64,000 nucleotides of DNA from Bacilli bacterium (GCA_050953065.1 JBMNLZ010000003.1:224001-288000), one strand, 5' to 3'. Counted from the stretch's first letter, positions 19,677 through 30,331 are shown. A program made the numbers and translations. The notes: a model not told the origin generated them from the sequence alone.

Positions 19677-21662
19677 TTAACCTCCTAGTAAAGTGCCAAC
19701 CCCAAAGATAACAACCGAAATCACCCAAGCCATTGCTGTTTGAAAACCAATTGCATAAAACATCTTCTTAACACTTCCTAATTCTTTACGCATAGCAGCA
19801 ATAGCTGCAAAACAAGGTGCTGAGAATAAGTTAAATGCAATAAAAGAATATGCCGATGCTTTAGTAAAGAAACTAAACATACCAGTCTCAAAAACACTTG
19901 AAGTAATGCTATTAGCATCAAATCCTGCAATAATATTCATTGAAGAGATTACTTGTTCTTTTGCAACTAGTCCTTGAATAGCACTAACTGTAGCTCCCCA
20001 ATTAAGTTCACCCAGTAATGGATAAAACAAATACGATAGAACTTTTCCAATGGAAGCTAAAATACTATCATCAATTGTTAAAACATCACCATCAATATAA
20101 TTAAACTTCCATGTAAAACTTAGCAATAACCAAACAATAATTGAACAAAGCAAAATTATTGTTCCAGCTCTTTTAATAAATTCCCAAGTTTTTTCTCCTA
20201 CATCTCGTGCAACATAACTTACTTTAGGTTTTTTATATTCTGGAAGTTCTGAGATAAAACTAGAAACCTTTTGTTTATAAACAAATTTCTTCATTATAAG
20301 AGCTGATAATACTATCATTATAATTGCTAAAAAATAAAGCGAAGCAGAAACTAACCCAGCATATTTATCAAAAAAATATCCTGAGAACAATGCAATTACA
20401 GGTAGTTTTGCACTACACGGAACAAATGGTGTTAAAATAATTGTCATTTGTTTTTCTTTATCATTTTCTATAGTTCTTGATGCCATTATTGCAGGCACAC
20501 TACAACCTGAACCTACAATAAAAGGTATTAAAGATTTTCCACTCAAACCAATTTTAGAAAATAATCTATCTAAGAAAAATGCAATTCTAGACATATAACC
20601 AGTAGTTTCTAAAAGTGAAATACACAAAAACAAAATAATTAATTGAGGCACAAATCCTAAAACCGCACTAACTCCAGCAATTATACCGTTAATTATTAAA
20701 CTAACTGCCCAGTCAGATGCATTAAGATTAATTAAAACACCTTCTAACCAACCAGAAAAATCATCAAACAAACCAGCGACTAAATCAACTGTTGCACTTC
20801 CTACAAGTCCAACTGATAAAAAATACACTGCAAACATAATCAATATAAAAATTGGAATCGCAAAATACTTATGTAAGAAAATTCTATCTAATTTATCATT
20901 CCATGTATCTTTAAAGATTTTTTCTCTAACACTTTTAATCTTTTTATTAACAATATAATCATATCTTTGATTAACAATTAATTGCTCTACATCAGTTTGA
21001 TATTTTTTTTCTAAAGACTCAATTACACCTTTTATTTCTTCTGTTTGAAACTTTAAAAATCTTTGATCACTTTCTAATATTTTAACCGCTACAAATCTTT
21101 TATGTTTTCCGTCCAAGTTAGCAATTATTTTTTCTAACTCTTCTTCTACATCTTTTTCATAAATTTTAGATTTAATCTTTTCAATTTCTTTATAATCTTT
21201 TATTTTCCTAATTAAATCATCAATTCCTGTTCCTTTTAAAGCTGATATTGGAATAATAGGAATACCTAAATCCTTTTCAAGTTTTTCAAGATCAATTGAA
21301 ATACCTTTTTTTTCCATTATATCAGCCATATTAAGAGCAATTATAACTTTTGTATCTAATTCTTGAAGTTGAGTTGTTAAATAAAGACTTCTTTCTAATG
21401 AAGTTCCATCAACAATATTAATAATTAAATCTACTTCTTCATCTAAAACAAAATTTCTAGATATTTCTTCTTCTTCAGTATAAGGACTTAAAGAATATAT
21501 CCCTGGTAAATCTACGATTTCATATTTTGTTCCTTTAATTGTTCCAATCTTTTTTTCTATCGTTACCCCAGGCCAATTGCCAATCTTTTGATTAGTACCA
21601 GTAAGCAAATTAAATAAAGTAGTTTTACCACTATTTTGATTTCCAACTAACGCTATTCTCAT
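19677..21662 (-). CDS. feoB: Ferrous iron transporter FeoB
   Basis: GNQNSGKT, GNWPGVT and DLPG GTPase motifs plus the gate-domain membrane region. Confidence 0.95.
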   Translation of the reverse strand: MRIALVGNQNSGKTTLFNLLTGTNQKIGNWPGVTIEKKIGTIKGTKYEIVDLPGIYSLSPYTEEEEISRNFVLDEEVDLIINIVDGTSLERSLYLTTQLQELDTKVIIALNMADIMEKKGISIDLEKLEKDLGIPIIPISALKGTGIDDLIRKIKDYKEIEKIKSKIYEKDVEEELEKIIANLDGKHKRFVAVKILESDQRFLKFQTEEIKGVIESLEKKYQTDVEQLIVNQRYDYIVNKKIKSVREKIFKDTWNDKLDRIFLHKYFAIPIFILIMFAVYFLSVGLVGSATVDLVAGLFDDFSGWLEGVLINLNASDWAVSLIINGIIAGVSAVLGFVPQLIILFLCISLLETTGYMSRIAFFLDRLFSKIGLSGKSLIPFIVGSGCSVPAIMASRTIENDKEKQMTIILTPFVPCSAKLPVIALFSGYFFDKYAGLVSASLYFLAIIMIVLSALIMKKFVYKQKVSSFISELPEYKKPKVSYVARDVGEKTWEFIKRAGTIILLCSIIVWLLLSFTWKFNYIDGDVLTIDDSILASIGKVLSYLFYPLLGELNWGATVSAIQGLVAKEQVISSMNIIAGFDANSITSSVFETGMFSFFTKASAYSFIAFNLFSAPCFAAIAAMRKELGSVKKMFYAIGFQTAMAWVISVVIFGVGTLLGG

Positions 21663-21994
21663 TACTCAAGCACCTCTATATCTATATTTTTCAAATCTTG
21701 TCTTCTTAAACAAAGTTCATACCCTCTCAGTTTTACAGCAACAGGATCTCCCATTGGAGCAATTTTTTTTACCTCCACTGTTACACCATTAGTAATCCCC
21801 ATATCTAAAAGTCTTCTTCTTAAAGCTAGGTTATCATTATGAACACCTTTAACAATTGCTTTTTGGCCAATACACAAATCACTTAAATGTCCTTCTTCTT
21901 TAGGTCCTAACCTTCTTCCTCTAGGACAAACCACTTCAACTTGGCCATCTGCTTGCATACATTCACCACGTCTAAATCGTCTTCTTTTCCTCAT
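21662..21994 (-). CDS. feoA: FeoA
   Basis: RRRLLDMGI..G..V.V...APMGDP; start moved to MRKRRRF (RBS AAAGGA) because the longer start overlaps the promoter. Confidence 0.88.
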   Translation of the reverse strand: MRKRRRFRRGECMQADGQVEVVCPRGRRLGPKEEGHLSDLCIGQKAIVKGVHNDNLALRRRLLDMGITNGVTVEVKKIAPMGDPVAVKLRGYELCLRRQDLKNIDIEVLE

Positions 21995-22020
21995 ATTAAA
22001 TTTATCCTTTCTAAAAAAAT

Positions 22021-22067
22021 TGTTAACCTCGGTTAACATTATATCATCTTGTAAAAAGGTTTGTCAA
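22021..22067 (-). promoter_or_regulatory. feoAB promoter with DtxR/MntR-like operator
   Basis: TTGACA-18-TATAAT; palindrome TGTTAACC-TC-GGTTAACA (22021-22038) over the start site; DtxR-family gene nearby. Confidence 0.7.
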
Positions 22068-22104
22068 GAGAAAAAAGAAAAAACTATTGTTTTTTTACAA
22101 TAGT

Positions 22105-22188
22105 TTTCATTATAGTGTCAATATTTATACCAAAAGATTAACACTATAATGTCAATCTTTATTATTAAACATTGACATTATAGTGTAA
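22105..22188. repeat. Three imperfect 16-bp palindromes (consensus TGACAYTATARTGTCA) at 34-bp period
   Basis: Copies start at 22105, 22139 and 22173. Confidence 0.7.
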
Positions 22189-22199
22189 AACAATCGCTT

Positions 22200-22559
22200 T
22201 TAATTAGAAATTTTTGCTCCAAACGGAATTAAAGCTAAAGGAACCATTTTAAAACATTGCATTCCAAAAGGGATTGTTATAATAAAAATAAACATAATTA
22301 TCCCAGCCCCAAGAAAAGAAAGTGCTAATTGCCAACCAACAATAAGTAACCAAATAATATTCATAATCGGATGTTTATCAAAATTAGTTGTAATACTTGA
22401 CCCCATAGGCGATAAAGAAAACTTAGCAATTTTAAAACATTGCTTACCAAATGGTATTCCTATTATTGTTATACAAAGTAGTAATCCTACGAAACCCCAT
22501 GCAAGAGCTAACCAAATTCCACCAAAAATTAACCAAATAATATTACCAAGTGTTTTCAT
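22200..22559 (-). CDS. yccF: YccF-family inner membrane protein
   Basis: Duplicated GNIIWLIFGG...CITIIGIPFG repeat; start at MKTLGN after AGGAGG. Confidence 0.85.
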   Translation of the reverse strand: MKTLGNIIWLIFGGIWLALAWGFVGLLLCITIIGIPFGKQCFKIAKFSLSPMGSSITTNFDKHPIMNIIWLLIVGWQLALSFLGAGIIMFIFIITIPFGMQCFKMVPLALIPFGAKISN

Positions 22560-22668
22560 AATTTCCCTCCTTTTGTCCATTAAATTATACTTTTACTAAT
22601 TTTTAATTGCAAGATTTTTCTTAACTATTTTCTTAAAATATGGTATAGTTAAAGCAAGAGGTAAAGAT

Positions 22669-23046
22669 ATGAAAAAACTAACTATGTCTAATGAAGACTA
22701 TTTAGAAGCCATAATCATTCTTGAAAAAGAAGGAAACGTAAAACTAACTAAAATAGCTGAAATGTTAAAGGTTTCAAAACCAGCAGCTAATAAAGCAATG
22801 AACCTTTTAGAAGAAAAAGGTTTCATCACCAAAGAAACTTATGGTAATATCATTCTAACAGAAAAAGGTAAAGAAGCTGGTAATAAAATCTATAAAAAAC
22901 ACTTAAATATTAAAAACTTTTTAACTTCTCTTGGTGTAAAAGAAGAAACAGCTGAAATTGACAGTTGTAAAATCGAGCATGTTATAAGCGAAGAAACTTT
23001 CCAAAGTATTTTAAAATATTTAGAAAAAAACAAAGAAGACAATTAA
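22669..23046 (+). CDS. DtxR/MntR-family metal-dependent regulator
   Basis: EDYLEAI, HTH VSKPA and C-terminal CKIEH motifs. Confidence 0.9.
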   Translation: MKKLTMSNEDYLEAIIILEKEGNVKLTKIAEMLKVSKPAANKAMNLLEEKGFITKETYGNIILTEKGKEAGNKIYKKHLNIKNFLTSLGVKEETAEIDSCKIEHVISEETFQSILKYLEKNKEDN

Positions 23047-23055
23047 ATGTCTTCT

Positions 23056-23994
23056 TTATTTTATATTATAAGTATCAATTCCTCTATAATTAATAATTTT
23101 AACTTTAGGATCTTTTGCTAGTCTTTCAAAAATTTCTTGCTTGTTTTTAACTTTTCTATTATTTAAAAAACTTTCAACTTCAAATTGATTCATTGGATGG
23201 CGCTGAGTAATATTTAAGATCGCGTCATAATCATCTTCAATAACACTTAAGAATTGTTCATGTGCTAAAACATCTAATGATATTGCATTTAACTCTTTAG
23301 ATACTTCTAACATTTTTTCATATGATAAAGCTTTAACTTTTAAATCTTGTGGCGGCCTATTAGGAGTATTAATATATAGTCTATCATATTTAATTTCTTT
23401 TAAAATCAATTTAAACTTTTCTAAATCTTCTTTAGAATCATTAACGCCTTCCATTACCATCATTTCAAGCCAGATTTTTCCTTTAAATTCAAAAGAAAAA
23501 TCTATTAAACCTTGATATACTTTCTTAAAAGACAAATCTTTATGATGACGATTTATTTTTTTAAAAGATGCTTCATCATAAAAATCTAAAGTCGGTAAAA
23601 CAATGTCTGCTTCATATAATGCTTTTTTTACTTCACTTTCAAATAATAAACTTCCATTGGTAATTACTGCAAGAGGTTTTGTAGTTAAAGATTTTATTTT
23701 AATGATTAACTCATATAAATCTTTAAATAACGTTGGTTCACCATCACCTGCAATTGTTATTACATCAAAGTTTAAGTTTTTAGATAAAACAGTTTTTAAC
23801 TCTTCTATTATATCTTTAACTTCAAAAAAACTTTGAGGTTTGTTTATCATTAAATTAGTTTTTCCAATTTGACAGTAGATACAAGAATAATTACATGTTT
23901 TTTTAGGAGTTATAGAAACTCCTAAAGAAGAACCTAATCTTCTTGAAGGAACTGGCCCATAAACATATTTCATTTCTTTATCTTCTTTCTTCAT
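23056..23994 (-). CDS. Radical SAM protein
   Basis: YGPVPSRRLG.SLG, CNYSCIYC and GEPTL motifs. Confidence 0.88.
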   Translation of the reverse strand: MKKEDKEMKYVYGPVPSRRLGSSLGVSITPKKTCNYSCIYCQIGKTNLMINKPQSFFEVKDIIEELKTVLSKNLNFDVITIAGDGEPTLFKDLYELIIKIKSLTTKPLAVITNGSLLFESEVKKALYEADIVLPTLDFYDEASFKKINRHHKDLSFKKVYQGLIDFSFEFKGKIWLEMMVMEGVNDSKEDLEKFKLILKEIKYDRLYINTPNRPPQDLKVKALSYEKMLEVSKELNAISLDVLAHEQFLSVIEDDYDAILNITQRHPMNQFEVESFLNNRKVKNKQEIFERLAKDPKVKIINYRGIDTYNIK

Positions 23995-24039
23995 AAATAT
24001 TAGTTAATAAGGGGAACTAGTAATCAATCCCTTTATTTT

Positions 24040-25170
24040 TTAAGATAATCTAGATTTAAAATCTTGATAACCAAATTCTTTAACTATTTTTACTTCACCA
24101 TTCTTTTCAACATAAACAATACTTGGTAAATTAATACCATTAAATGTATTATTCTTAACCATACTATAATGAGCCATATCAGTAAAAATAACTCTTTGTT
24201 TATATTCTAGTGGTTTATCAAATGAATAATCTCCAATAATATCTCCTGCTAAACATGTCGGTCCAGCAAAACGATAATTATATTTTTTTTCACCTAGCCT
24301 ACCACTGTTTAAAACAAATGGTCGATAAGGCATTTCTAAAACATCTGGCATATGACAAGCAGCCGAAGTATCTAGAATAGCAATATCCATATTATTATGA
24401 ACAATCTCTAAAACTTCTGATACTAAAAACCCAGTATTTAATGCGATGGCTTCGCCTGGTTCTAGGTAGACTTCTAAATTATATTTTTCTTTAATTTCAT
24501 TAATTGTTTTAATTAATAAGTCTAAATCATAATCATCTCTTGTAATATGATGACCTCCACCTAAATTAATCCATTTAATAGAAGAAAAATATTTTGAAAA
24601 CTTCTTTTCTACTTCTTTCCAAGTTCTATACAAAGTATCTGAATTTTGTTCACACATTGTATGGAAGTGTAGCCCTTCAAGCCCATCAAGCGTTTCAAAG
24701 TCTTCAAGCCTAACTCCAAGGCGCGAATTAATAGCACATGGATTATAAATCTCATGTTCAATTTCTGAATACTCGGGATTAATCCTCATCCCACAACTAA
24801 TATGTTTTTTATGGTTTTTAACTAAATTTTTATATTTATGCCATTGGTTAAATGAATTAAAGACAATATGATCCACTATATCTAGAATTTCAGACATTTC
24901 TTCTTCTTTATAAGCAGGAGAGAAAATATGATTTTCTTTACCTATTTTTCTCCCTAAAAGTGCTTCATGCAAAGATGAAGCAGTTGCTCCATAAAGATAC
25001 TTTGAAATTAATGGATATGTATAAAACATTGAAAAACCTTTTTGAGCCAATATTATTTTAGCGTTTGTTTTATCTTGAACTGTTTTTAGTTTTTCTAAGT
25101 TTTTTATTAATAATTCTTCAAACACTACATATGAAGGTGTTTTAACTTTATTCCAATCAAAGTTTTTCAT
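24040..25170 (-). CDS. nspC: Carboxy(nor)spermidine decarboxylase
   Basis: LAQKGF, GLHFH, GGGHHIT, EPGEA, HMPDVLEMPY and CLAGD motifs. Confidence 0.93.
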   Translation of the reverse strand: MKNFDWNKVKTPSYVVFEELLIKNLEKLKTVQDKTNAKIILAQKGFSMFYTYPLISKYLYGATASSLHEALLGRKIGKENHIFSPAYKEEEMSEILDIVDHIVFNSFNQWHKYKNLVKNHKKHISCGMRINPEYSEIEHEIYNPCAINSRLGVRLEDFETLDGLEGLHFHTMCEQNSDTLYRTWKEVEKKFSKYFSSIKWINLGGGHHITRDDYDLDLLIKTINEIKEKYNLEVYLEPGEAIALNTGFLVSEVLEIVHNNMDIAILDTSAACHMPDVLEMPYRPFVLNSGRLGEKKYNYRFAGPTCLAGDIIGDYSFDKPLEYKQRVIFTDMAHYSMVKNNTFNGINLPSIVYVEKNGEVKIVKEFGYQDFKSRLS

Positions 25171-25174
25171 ACTA

Positions 25175-26374
25175 TCAATCTACTAACTTTGGATTGAAGT
25201 CTTCATGCCAAGGAAGACCATATTTATTTAATGCTTCCATAAATGGATCTGGATCAAATTCTTCTACATTAAAGACACCTGGTTTTTTCCATTTCTTATT
25301 TAAAACAAGCATTGCTCCTATCATTGCAGGAACACCAGTTGTATATGAGATTGCTTGAGAACCAACTTCTTTATATGCTTCTTCATGATCACAAACATTA
25401 TAAACATAATATGTTTTATCTACACCATCTTTTTTACCTCTAATGATACAACCAATATTAGTTTTACCTTTAGTTCTTGGTCCAAGAGAAGCTGGATCTG
25501 GCAAAATTGCTTTTAAAAATTTTAGAGGAATAATTTCTTGCCCTTTATAATTAATCGGTTCAATTGAAGTCATTCCAATGTTTTCTAAAACTCTTAGGTG
25601 TGTTAAATATTTTTCAGAAAAAGTCATAAAAAATCTAATTCTTTTAATTCCCTTAATGTTTTTAGCAAGTGATTCTAATTCTTCATGATATAAAAGATAC
25701 ATATCTTTTTTACCAATTTTGGGAAAATCATATTCACGCTTCACTTCAAGTGGTAAAGTTTCAACAAACTTTCCATCTTCATAATATCTTCCGTTAGCTG
25801 TAATTTCTCTGATATTAATTTCCGGATTAAAGTTTGTTGCGAAATGATAGCCATGATCTCCTGCATTAGCATCTAGGATATCTAAATATTCAATTTCATC
25901 AAAATAATGTTTTTGAGCATAGGCAGTAAAGACTCCAGTTACACCAGGATCAAACCCACAGCCTAAAACTGCAGTAATTCCTGCTTTTTCAAACTTTTCT
26001 TTATATGCCCATTGCCATTTATATTCAAACTTTGCTTCATCTTTTGGTTCATAATTAGCTGTATCTAAATAATCTACCTTTGTTTCTAAACAAGCATCCA
26101 TAATAGATAAATCTTGATACGGTAATGCAACATTGATTACAATATCAGGTTTAAATTCTTTTATTATTGCTACTACCTCACTAGTATTATCTGCATCAAG
26201 TTGAGCAGTAGTAACTTTTGTTTTATATTTTTTTACACTTTCCTTAATCGCATCACATTTAGCAAGCGTTCTACTCGCAATACAAATTTCCTTAAAAACT
26301 TCACTGTTTTGGCAACACTTATGCACGACAACGTTTGCCACTCCACCAGCTCCAATAATTAATGCTCTACTCAT
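25175..26374 (-). CDS. Carboxy(nor)spermidine dehydrogenase (saccharopine dehydrogenase family)
   Basis: GAGGVA, YLDTANYEP, GCGFDPG and FATNFNPEINIRE motifs; adjacent to nspC. Confidence 0.9.
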   Translation of the reverse strand: MSRALIIGAGGVANVVVHKCCQNSEVFKEICIASRTLAKCDAIKESVKKYKTKVTTAQLDADNTSEVVAIIKEFKPDIVINVALPYQDLSIMDACLETKVDYLDTANYEPKDEAKFEYKWQWAYKEKFEKAGITAVLGCGFDPGVTGVFTAYAQKHYFDEIEYLDILDANAGDHGYHFATNFNPEINIREITANGRYYEDGKFVETLPLEVKREYDFPKIGKKDMYLLYHEELESLAKNIKGIKRIRFFMTFSEKYLTHLRVLENIGMTSIEPINYKGQEIIPLKFLKAILPDPASLGPRTKGKTNIGCIIRGKKDGVDKTYYVYNVCDHEEAYKEVGSQAISYTTGVPAMIGAMLVLNKKWKKPGVFNVEEFDPDPFMEALNKYGLPWHEDFNPKLVD

Positions 26375-26405
26375 AGTAAACGTCTCCTTTATTTAATATA
26401 TTTTT

Positions 26406-27257
26406 TTATAATTGTAATAATAATTCTCTTAATAACTTGCAAGCAACTGCAGTTGAAGTCCCACTTGGGTCAAGCGGAGGTGATAATTCATTAATATCAC
26501 AACCAACAATATTGCAACCCTTTAAAACTTTACCCATTGCTTCAAGTAATTCTAAAAATGTTACTCCACCTGGTTCTGGAGTTCCTGTTCCCCAAAAATA
26601 TGATGGATCTAACACATCTAAATCTAGTGTAAAATACACTGGTTTCCCTTTTGTTTTTTCAATTGCGGAATCAAGCCCATCAAAATTAAATTTGGTTAAG
26701 CAAGAATGGATTTTAGCCCATTCAAACTCTTCTTTTTCTCCGCTTCTAATTCCAAATTGGAATATTTTATTATCACCAATTAAATCATGAATTCTTCTAA
26801 TAACAGTTGCATGTGATAATTTTTCATCAAAGAATTCATCTCTTAAATCAGTATGTGCGTCAAAATGAATCACATGCAAATCAGGATATTTTTTTAAAAC
26901 TCCCTTAACAGCACCAAGTGTTACTAAATGTTCACCACCTAGCATTACTGGAATCTTATTGTCTTTTACAACTTGTGTTGTATACTTTTCAATTTTTTCA
27001 ATAGATTTTTTAGCATCTCCAAAAGGTAATACTAAATCTCCTCCATCAAAAACAAAAATATCCGTTAATGATTTATCTAAATACGGACTATATAGTTCAA
27101 GTCCAATACTATCTGTTCTAATACTACTTGGTGCAAATCTAGAACCTGGTCTAAAAGATGAAGTACTGTCAAATGGTGCTCCAAACAATACTATTTTACT
27201 TTCTTTATATGACTTATCACAACCAAGAAAGGCATATCGCTTTTCTGTTATAATCAT
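26406..27257 (-). CDS. speB: Agmatinase
   Basis: GGEH, DAHTD and DLDVLDP...GTGTPEPGG ureohydrolase motifs. Confidence 0.92.
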   Translation of the reverse strand: MIITEKRYAFLGCDKSYKESKIVLFGAPFDSTSSFRPGSRFAPSSIRTDSIGLELYSPYLDKSLTDIFVFDGGDLVLPFGDAKKSIEKIEKYTTQVVKDNKIPVMLGGEHLVTLGAVKGVLKKYPDLHVIHFDAHTDLRDEFFDEKLSHATVIRRIHDLIGDNKIFQFGIRSGEKEEFEWAKIHSCLTKFNFDGLDSAIEKTKGKPVYFTLDLDVLDPSYFWGTGTPEPGGVTFLELLEAMGKVLKGCNIVGCDINELSPPLDPSGTSTAVACKLLRELLLQL

Positions 27258-28090
27258 TTAATTAACTCCTTTACATAATTAGGTAGCGCAAAAGAACCTT
27301 TGTGTAGTTCTTCATTATAATATTTACATTCTATTTTAAAATCTTTCCAAGCACTATCTACTACATCACCCTTAAACTTCTTAGATGCAAAGCCAAACAA
27401 CCAATGACCTGACGGATAGGTTGGAATATGTGCTTGATATACCTGACAAATATCAAAGAAGCTAGAAATTCTTTGATGCATTTTAGTAACCATATCTTTA
27501 TATTGTTCATAAAATGGGCTTTCATGTTGATTAATTAAAATTCCATTTTCATTTAAAGCATTATAACAATTTCCATAAAACTCTTTTGCAAAAAGCCCTT
27601 CTCCAGGACCAAATGGATCAGTTGAGTCTACAATTATTAAATCATAATAATCTTTAATTTGTCTAACAGCTTTTAAGCCATCTTCAAATTTAATTGTTAC
27701 TCTTTCATCTTTAAAGCCTCTTGTAAGATGCGGAAAATATTCAATACATTTTTCAACTACTACTTTATCAATTTCAATCATTGTAATTTCTTTAATAGTT
27801 TTATATTTTACCAATTGACTAACAGTTCCACCATCCCCTGCTCCAATTACTAAAACTTTTTCTATTTTTGGATTAACTGCCATCGGAAGATGAGTCACCA
27901 TTTCATGGTAGATGAATTCATCTTTTTCTGTAATCATTAAAACACCATCTAAAACTAAAATTCTACCATAATCATATGTATCTAGGATATCAAGTTTTTG
28001 ATATTCTGATTTTACACTACATAAATGTTCTTTTATTTTCATAGTAAGTTTAGCTGTTTCACTATGTAATTCTGAAAACCAAAGTTCCAT
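27254..28090 (-). CDS. speE: Spermidine synthase (polyamine aminopropyltransferase)
   Basis: DEFIYHEM, IGAGDGG, DSTDP and PTYPSG motifs. Confidence 0.93.
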   Translation of the reverse strand: MELWFSELHSETAKLTMKIKEHLCSVKSEYQKLDILDTYDYGRILVLDGVLMITEKDEFIYHEMVTHLPMAVNPKIEKVLVIGAGDGGTVSQLVKYKTIKEITMIEIDKVVVEKCIEYFPHLTRGFKDERVTIKFEDGLKAVRQIKDYYDLIIVDSTDPFGPGEGLFAKEFYGNCYNALNENGILINQHESPFYEQYKDMVTKMHQRISSFFDICQVYQAHIPTYPSGHWLFGFASKKFKGDVVDSAWKDFKIECKYYNEELHKGSFALPNYVKELIK

Positions 28091-28092
28091 AT

Positions 28093-29538
28093 TTATTCCT
28101 CTACTATATTAATTTTTTCAATATTCATATCTTGCGGACCAATAATTAAACATCCTTTATCTTTAGCATACATTATATAGTCAATGATTTCAGCTGTAAT
28201 TACTTCGCCTGGTGCTAAAATTGGAATTCCCGGAGGATAACTCATTAAGAATTCTCCAGCAATTTTACCATAACTTTCTTCAATACTAACCTTTTTCTTT
28301 TTACTATAAAAAGCCTTTTGAGGACTCATTACAGGTAATGGATTAATATATTCATGATCAAAAAGACCAATCGGATCTTTTCCATAACGTCTTTTAATTT
28401 CAGATAAAGAAGCAATCAATCTTTCAATTTCTAAATCTCTATCTCCAGAAGAAATGATTGCTAGAATATTTCCAATATCTCCAAATTCAATTTGAATCCC
28501 GTAATCATCCCTTAAAATATCATAAACCTCTATTCCAGCCAAGCCCATTGCTCTTGTGTGAACTGATAGTTTTGTCATATCAAAATCAAAAACATTTTTC
28601 TTATCAACTATATCTTCTCCAAAAGCCCAGTATCCACCGATTTTATTTACTTCTTCTCTTGCATAATTAACATTTTCTAAAACTTTTTTTAACTTTTCTC
28701 TTCCATGTGCTACCATATGTTTTCTTGCAATATCAAGAGATGATAACAATAAATAAGATCCACTTGTAGTTTGAGTAAGATTTATAATTTGTCTAACATA
28801 AGTATGATCTACATTTTTCCCACAAAGCAAAAACGAACTTTGAGTTAATGAATTTCCAGTCTTATGCATACTAGCAGCTGCCATATCAGCTCCTGCTGCC
28901 ATCGCAGAAATTGGTAAGTTATCTCCAAAATAAAAGTGCGTTCCATGAGCCTCATCTACTAACACTTTCATATTATGTGCATGAGCAAGTTCAACGATTC
29001 CTTTTAAATCTGAACATATCCCATAATAAGTTGGATTATTAACAAAAATTGCTTTTGCATCTGGATTTTCTTTGATTGCTTTTTTTACATCATCCATACT
29101 CATTCCAAGTGCAATCCCTAAATCTTTACTAACACCAGGATTAATATATACAGGAATCGCCCCACAAACAACCATCGCATTAATTGCACTTCTGTGGACA
29201 TTTCTTGGTAAAATTAATTTTTCACCTTGTTTACAACTACTCATTATCATTGCTTGAACAGCTGAAGTTGTTCCACTAACCATAAAAAATGCATGATGAG
29301 CTTTAAAAGCCTCTGCTGCTAAGAGTTCAGCTTCTTTGATAACTCCAGTTGGATGACAAAGGCTATCCACATCTTTCATAGAATTAACATCTGCTCTCAT
29401 ACAATTAATTCCTAAAAATTCAGTTAATTCAGGATTGCCCCTTCCACCTTTATGGCTAGGCACATCAAATGGTACTATACGATTTTGTTGGTGAGCTTTT
29501 ATTGCTTCATAAATTGGTGCTCTTGTTTGATCTTTCAT
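28093..29538 (-). CDS. speA: Arg/Lys/Orn decarboxylase (PLP fold I), probably arginine decarboxylase
   Basis: VDEAHG, SMHKT and YPPGIP motifs; precedes speE/speB; substrate inferred from context. Confidence 0.8.
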   Translation of the reverse strand: MKDQTRAPIYEAIKAHQQNRIVPFDVPSHKGGRGNPELTEFLGINCMRADVNSMKDVDSLCHPTGVIKEAELLAAEAFKAHHAFFMVSGTTSAVQAMIMSSCKQGEKLILPRNVHRSAINAMVVCGAIPVYINPGVSKDLGIALGMSMDDVKKAIKENPDAKAIFVNNPTYYGICSDLKGIVELAHAHNMKVLVDEAHGTHFYFGDNLPISAMAAGADMAAASMHKTGNSLTQSSFLLCGKNVDHTYVRQIINLTQTTSGSYLLLSSLDIARKHMVAHGREKLKKVLENVNYAREEVNKIGGYWAFGEDIVDKKNVFDFDMTKLSVHTRAMGLAGIEVYDILRDDYGIQIEFGDIGNILAIISSGDRDLEIERLIASLSEIKRRYGKDPIGLFDHEYINPLPVMSPQKAFYSKKKKVSIEESYGKIAGEFLMSYPPGIPILAPGEVITAEIIDYIMYAKDKGCLIIGPQDMNIEKINIVEE

Positions 29539-29548
29539 GTTTCACCTT

Positions 29549-30331
29549 TTAGTAAATATTAGTTCCACTAAATATTTCAATCATTTCTTTTCTTAAACTA
29601 TTTGTTATTTCAAGTCTTACTTTTGGGTCTAATTCATAAACATCTGTATTAAATAAATAATGTTGTAAGTTGATTTCCTTAATTAACATTTTTGTATGAA
29701 AAATGTTAGATTGATAAACATTAACATCAATTGCATCATATATTTTTAAAGTATCAGAACTTATATAGTCTTGAATTGAAGTAATTGAATGGTCTAAAAA
29801 ATGTTTTTTTCCATCTGTATCTCTTGTAAAGCCTCTAACTCTATAATCAATTGTTATAATATCAGAATCAAAACTACTAATTAAAAAGTCTAGGGTACTT
29901 AATGGAGAAATTGTTCCACATGTAGAAACATCAATATCTACTCTAAAAGTAGAAATATTGTTAGCAGGATTATATTCAGGATATGTATGAACTGTGATGT
30001 GGCTTTTATCTAAATGCCCCATAAAATATTTATCAAAATCTTTTCCTAGATTGCATGACTTATCAACCAATTGTTTATCAATTGGTTCTTCTACTAATAA
30101 TAAGTTAACACTTGCTCCTTGTGGCTCATAATCTTGTTTTGAAATGTTTAAAATTTTTGCACCGATTAATTCTGAAACCTTACAAAGAATCGCTGTTAAT
30201 CTTTCACTGTTATATTGTTCATCGATATATGCAATATAATCTAAGTGTTCTCTTTTTGTTTTAGCATAACAAATATCAAAAATGTTAAAGCTTAATGTTT
30301 TTGTTAGATTGTTAAAACCGTATAATTCCAT
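29549..30331 (-). CDS. speD: S-adenosylmethionine decarboxylase proenzyme (class 1A)
   Basis: LYGFNNLTK, QDYEPQGAS, HLDKSHITVHTYPE and DVSTCG motifs. Confidence 0.93.
   Translation of the reverse strand: MELYGFNNLTKTLSFNIFDICYAKTKREHLDYIAYIDEQYNSERLTAILCKVSELIGAKILNISKQDYEPQGASVNLLLVEEPIDKQLVDKSCNLGKDFDKYFMGHLDKSHITVHTYPEYNPANNISTFRVDIDVSTCGTISPLSTLDFLISSFDSDIITIDYRVRGFTRDTDGKKHFLDHSITSIQDYISSDTLKIYDAIDVNVYQSNIFHTKMLIKEINLQHYLFNTDVYELDPKVRLEITNSLRKEMIEIFSGTNIY

Noticed and set aside
22139-22188. Link between these palindromes and the hsdS repeat core (GACACTATA)
   Set aside because: Short AT-rich resemblance 40 kb away with no extended identity; likely chance
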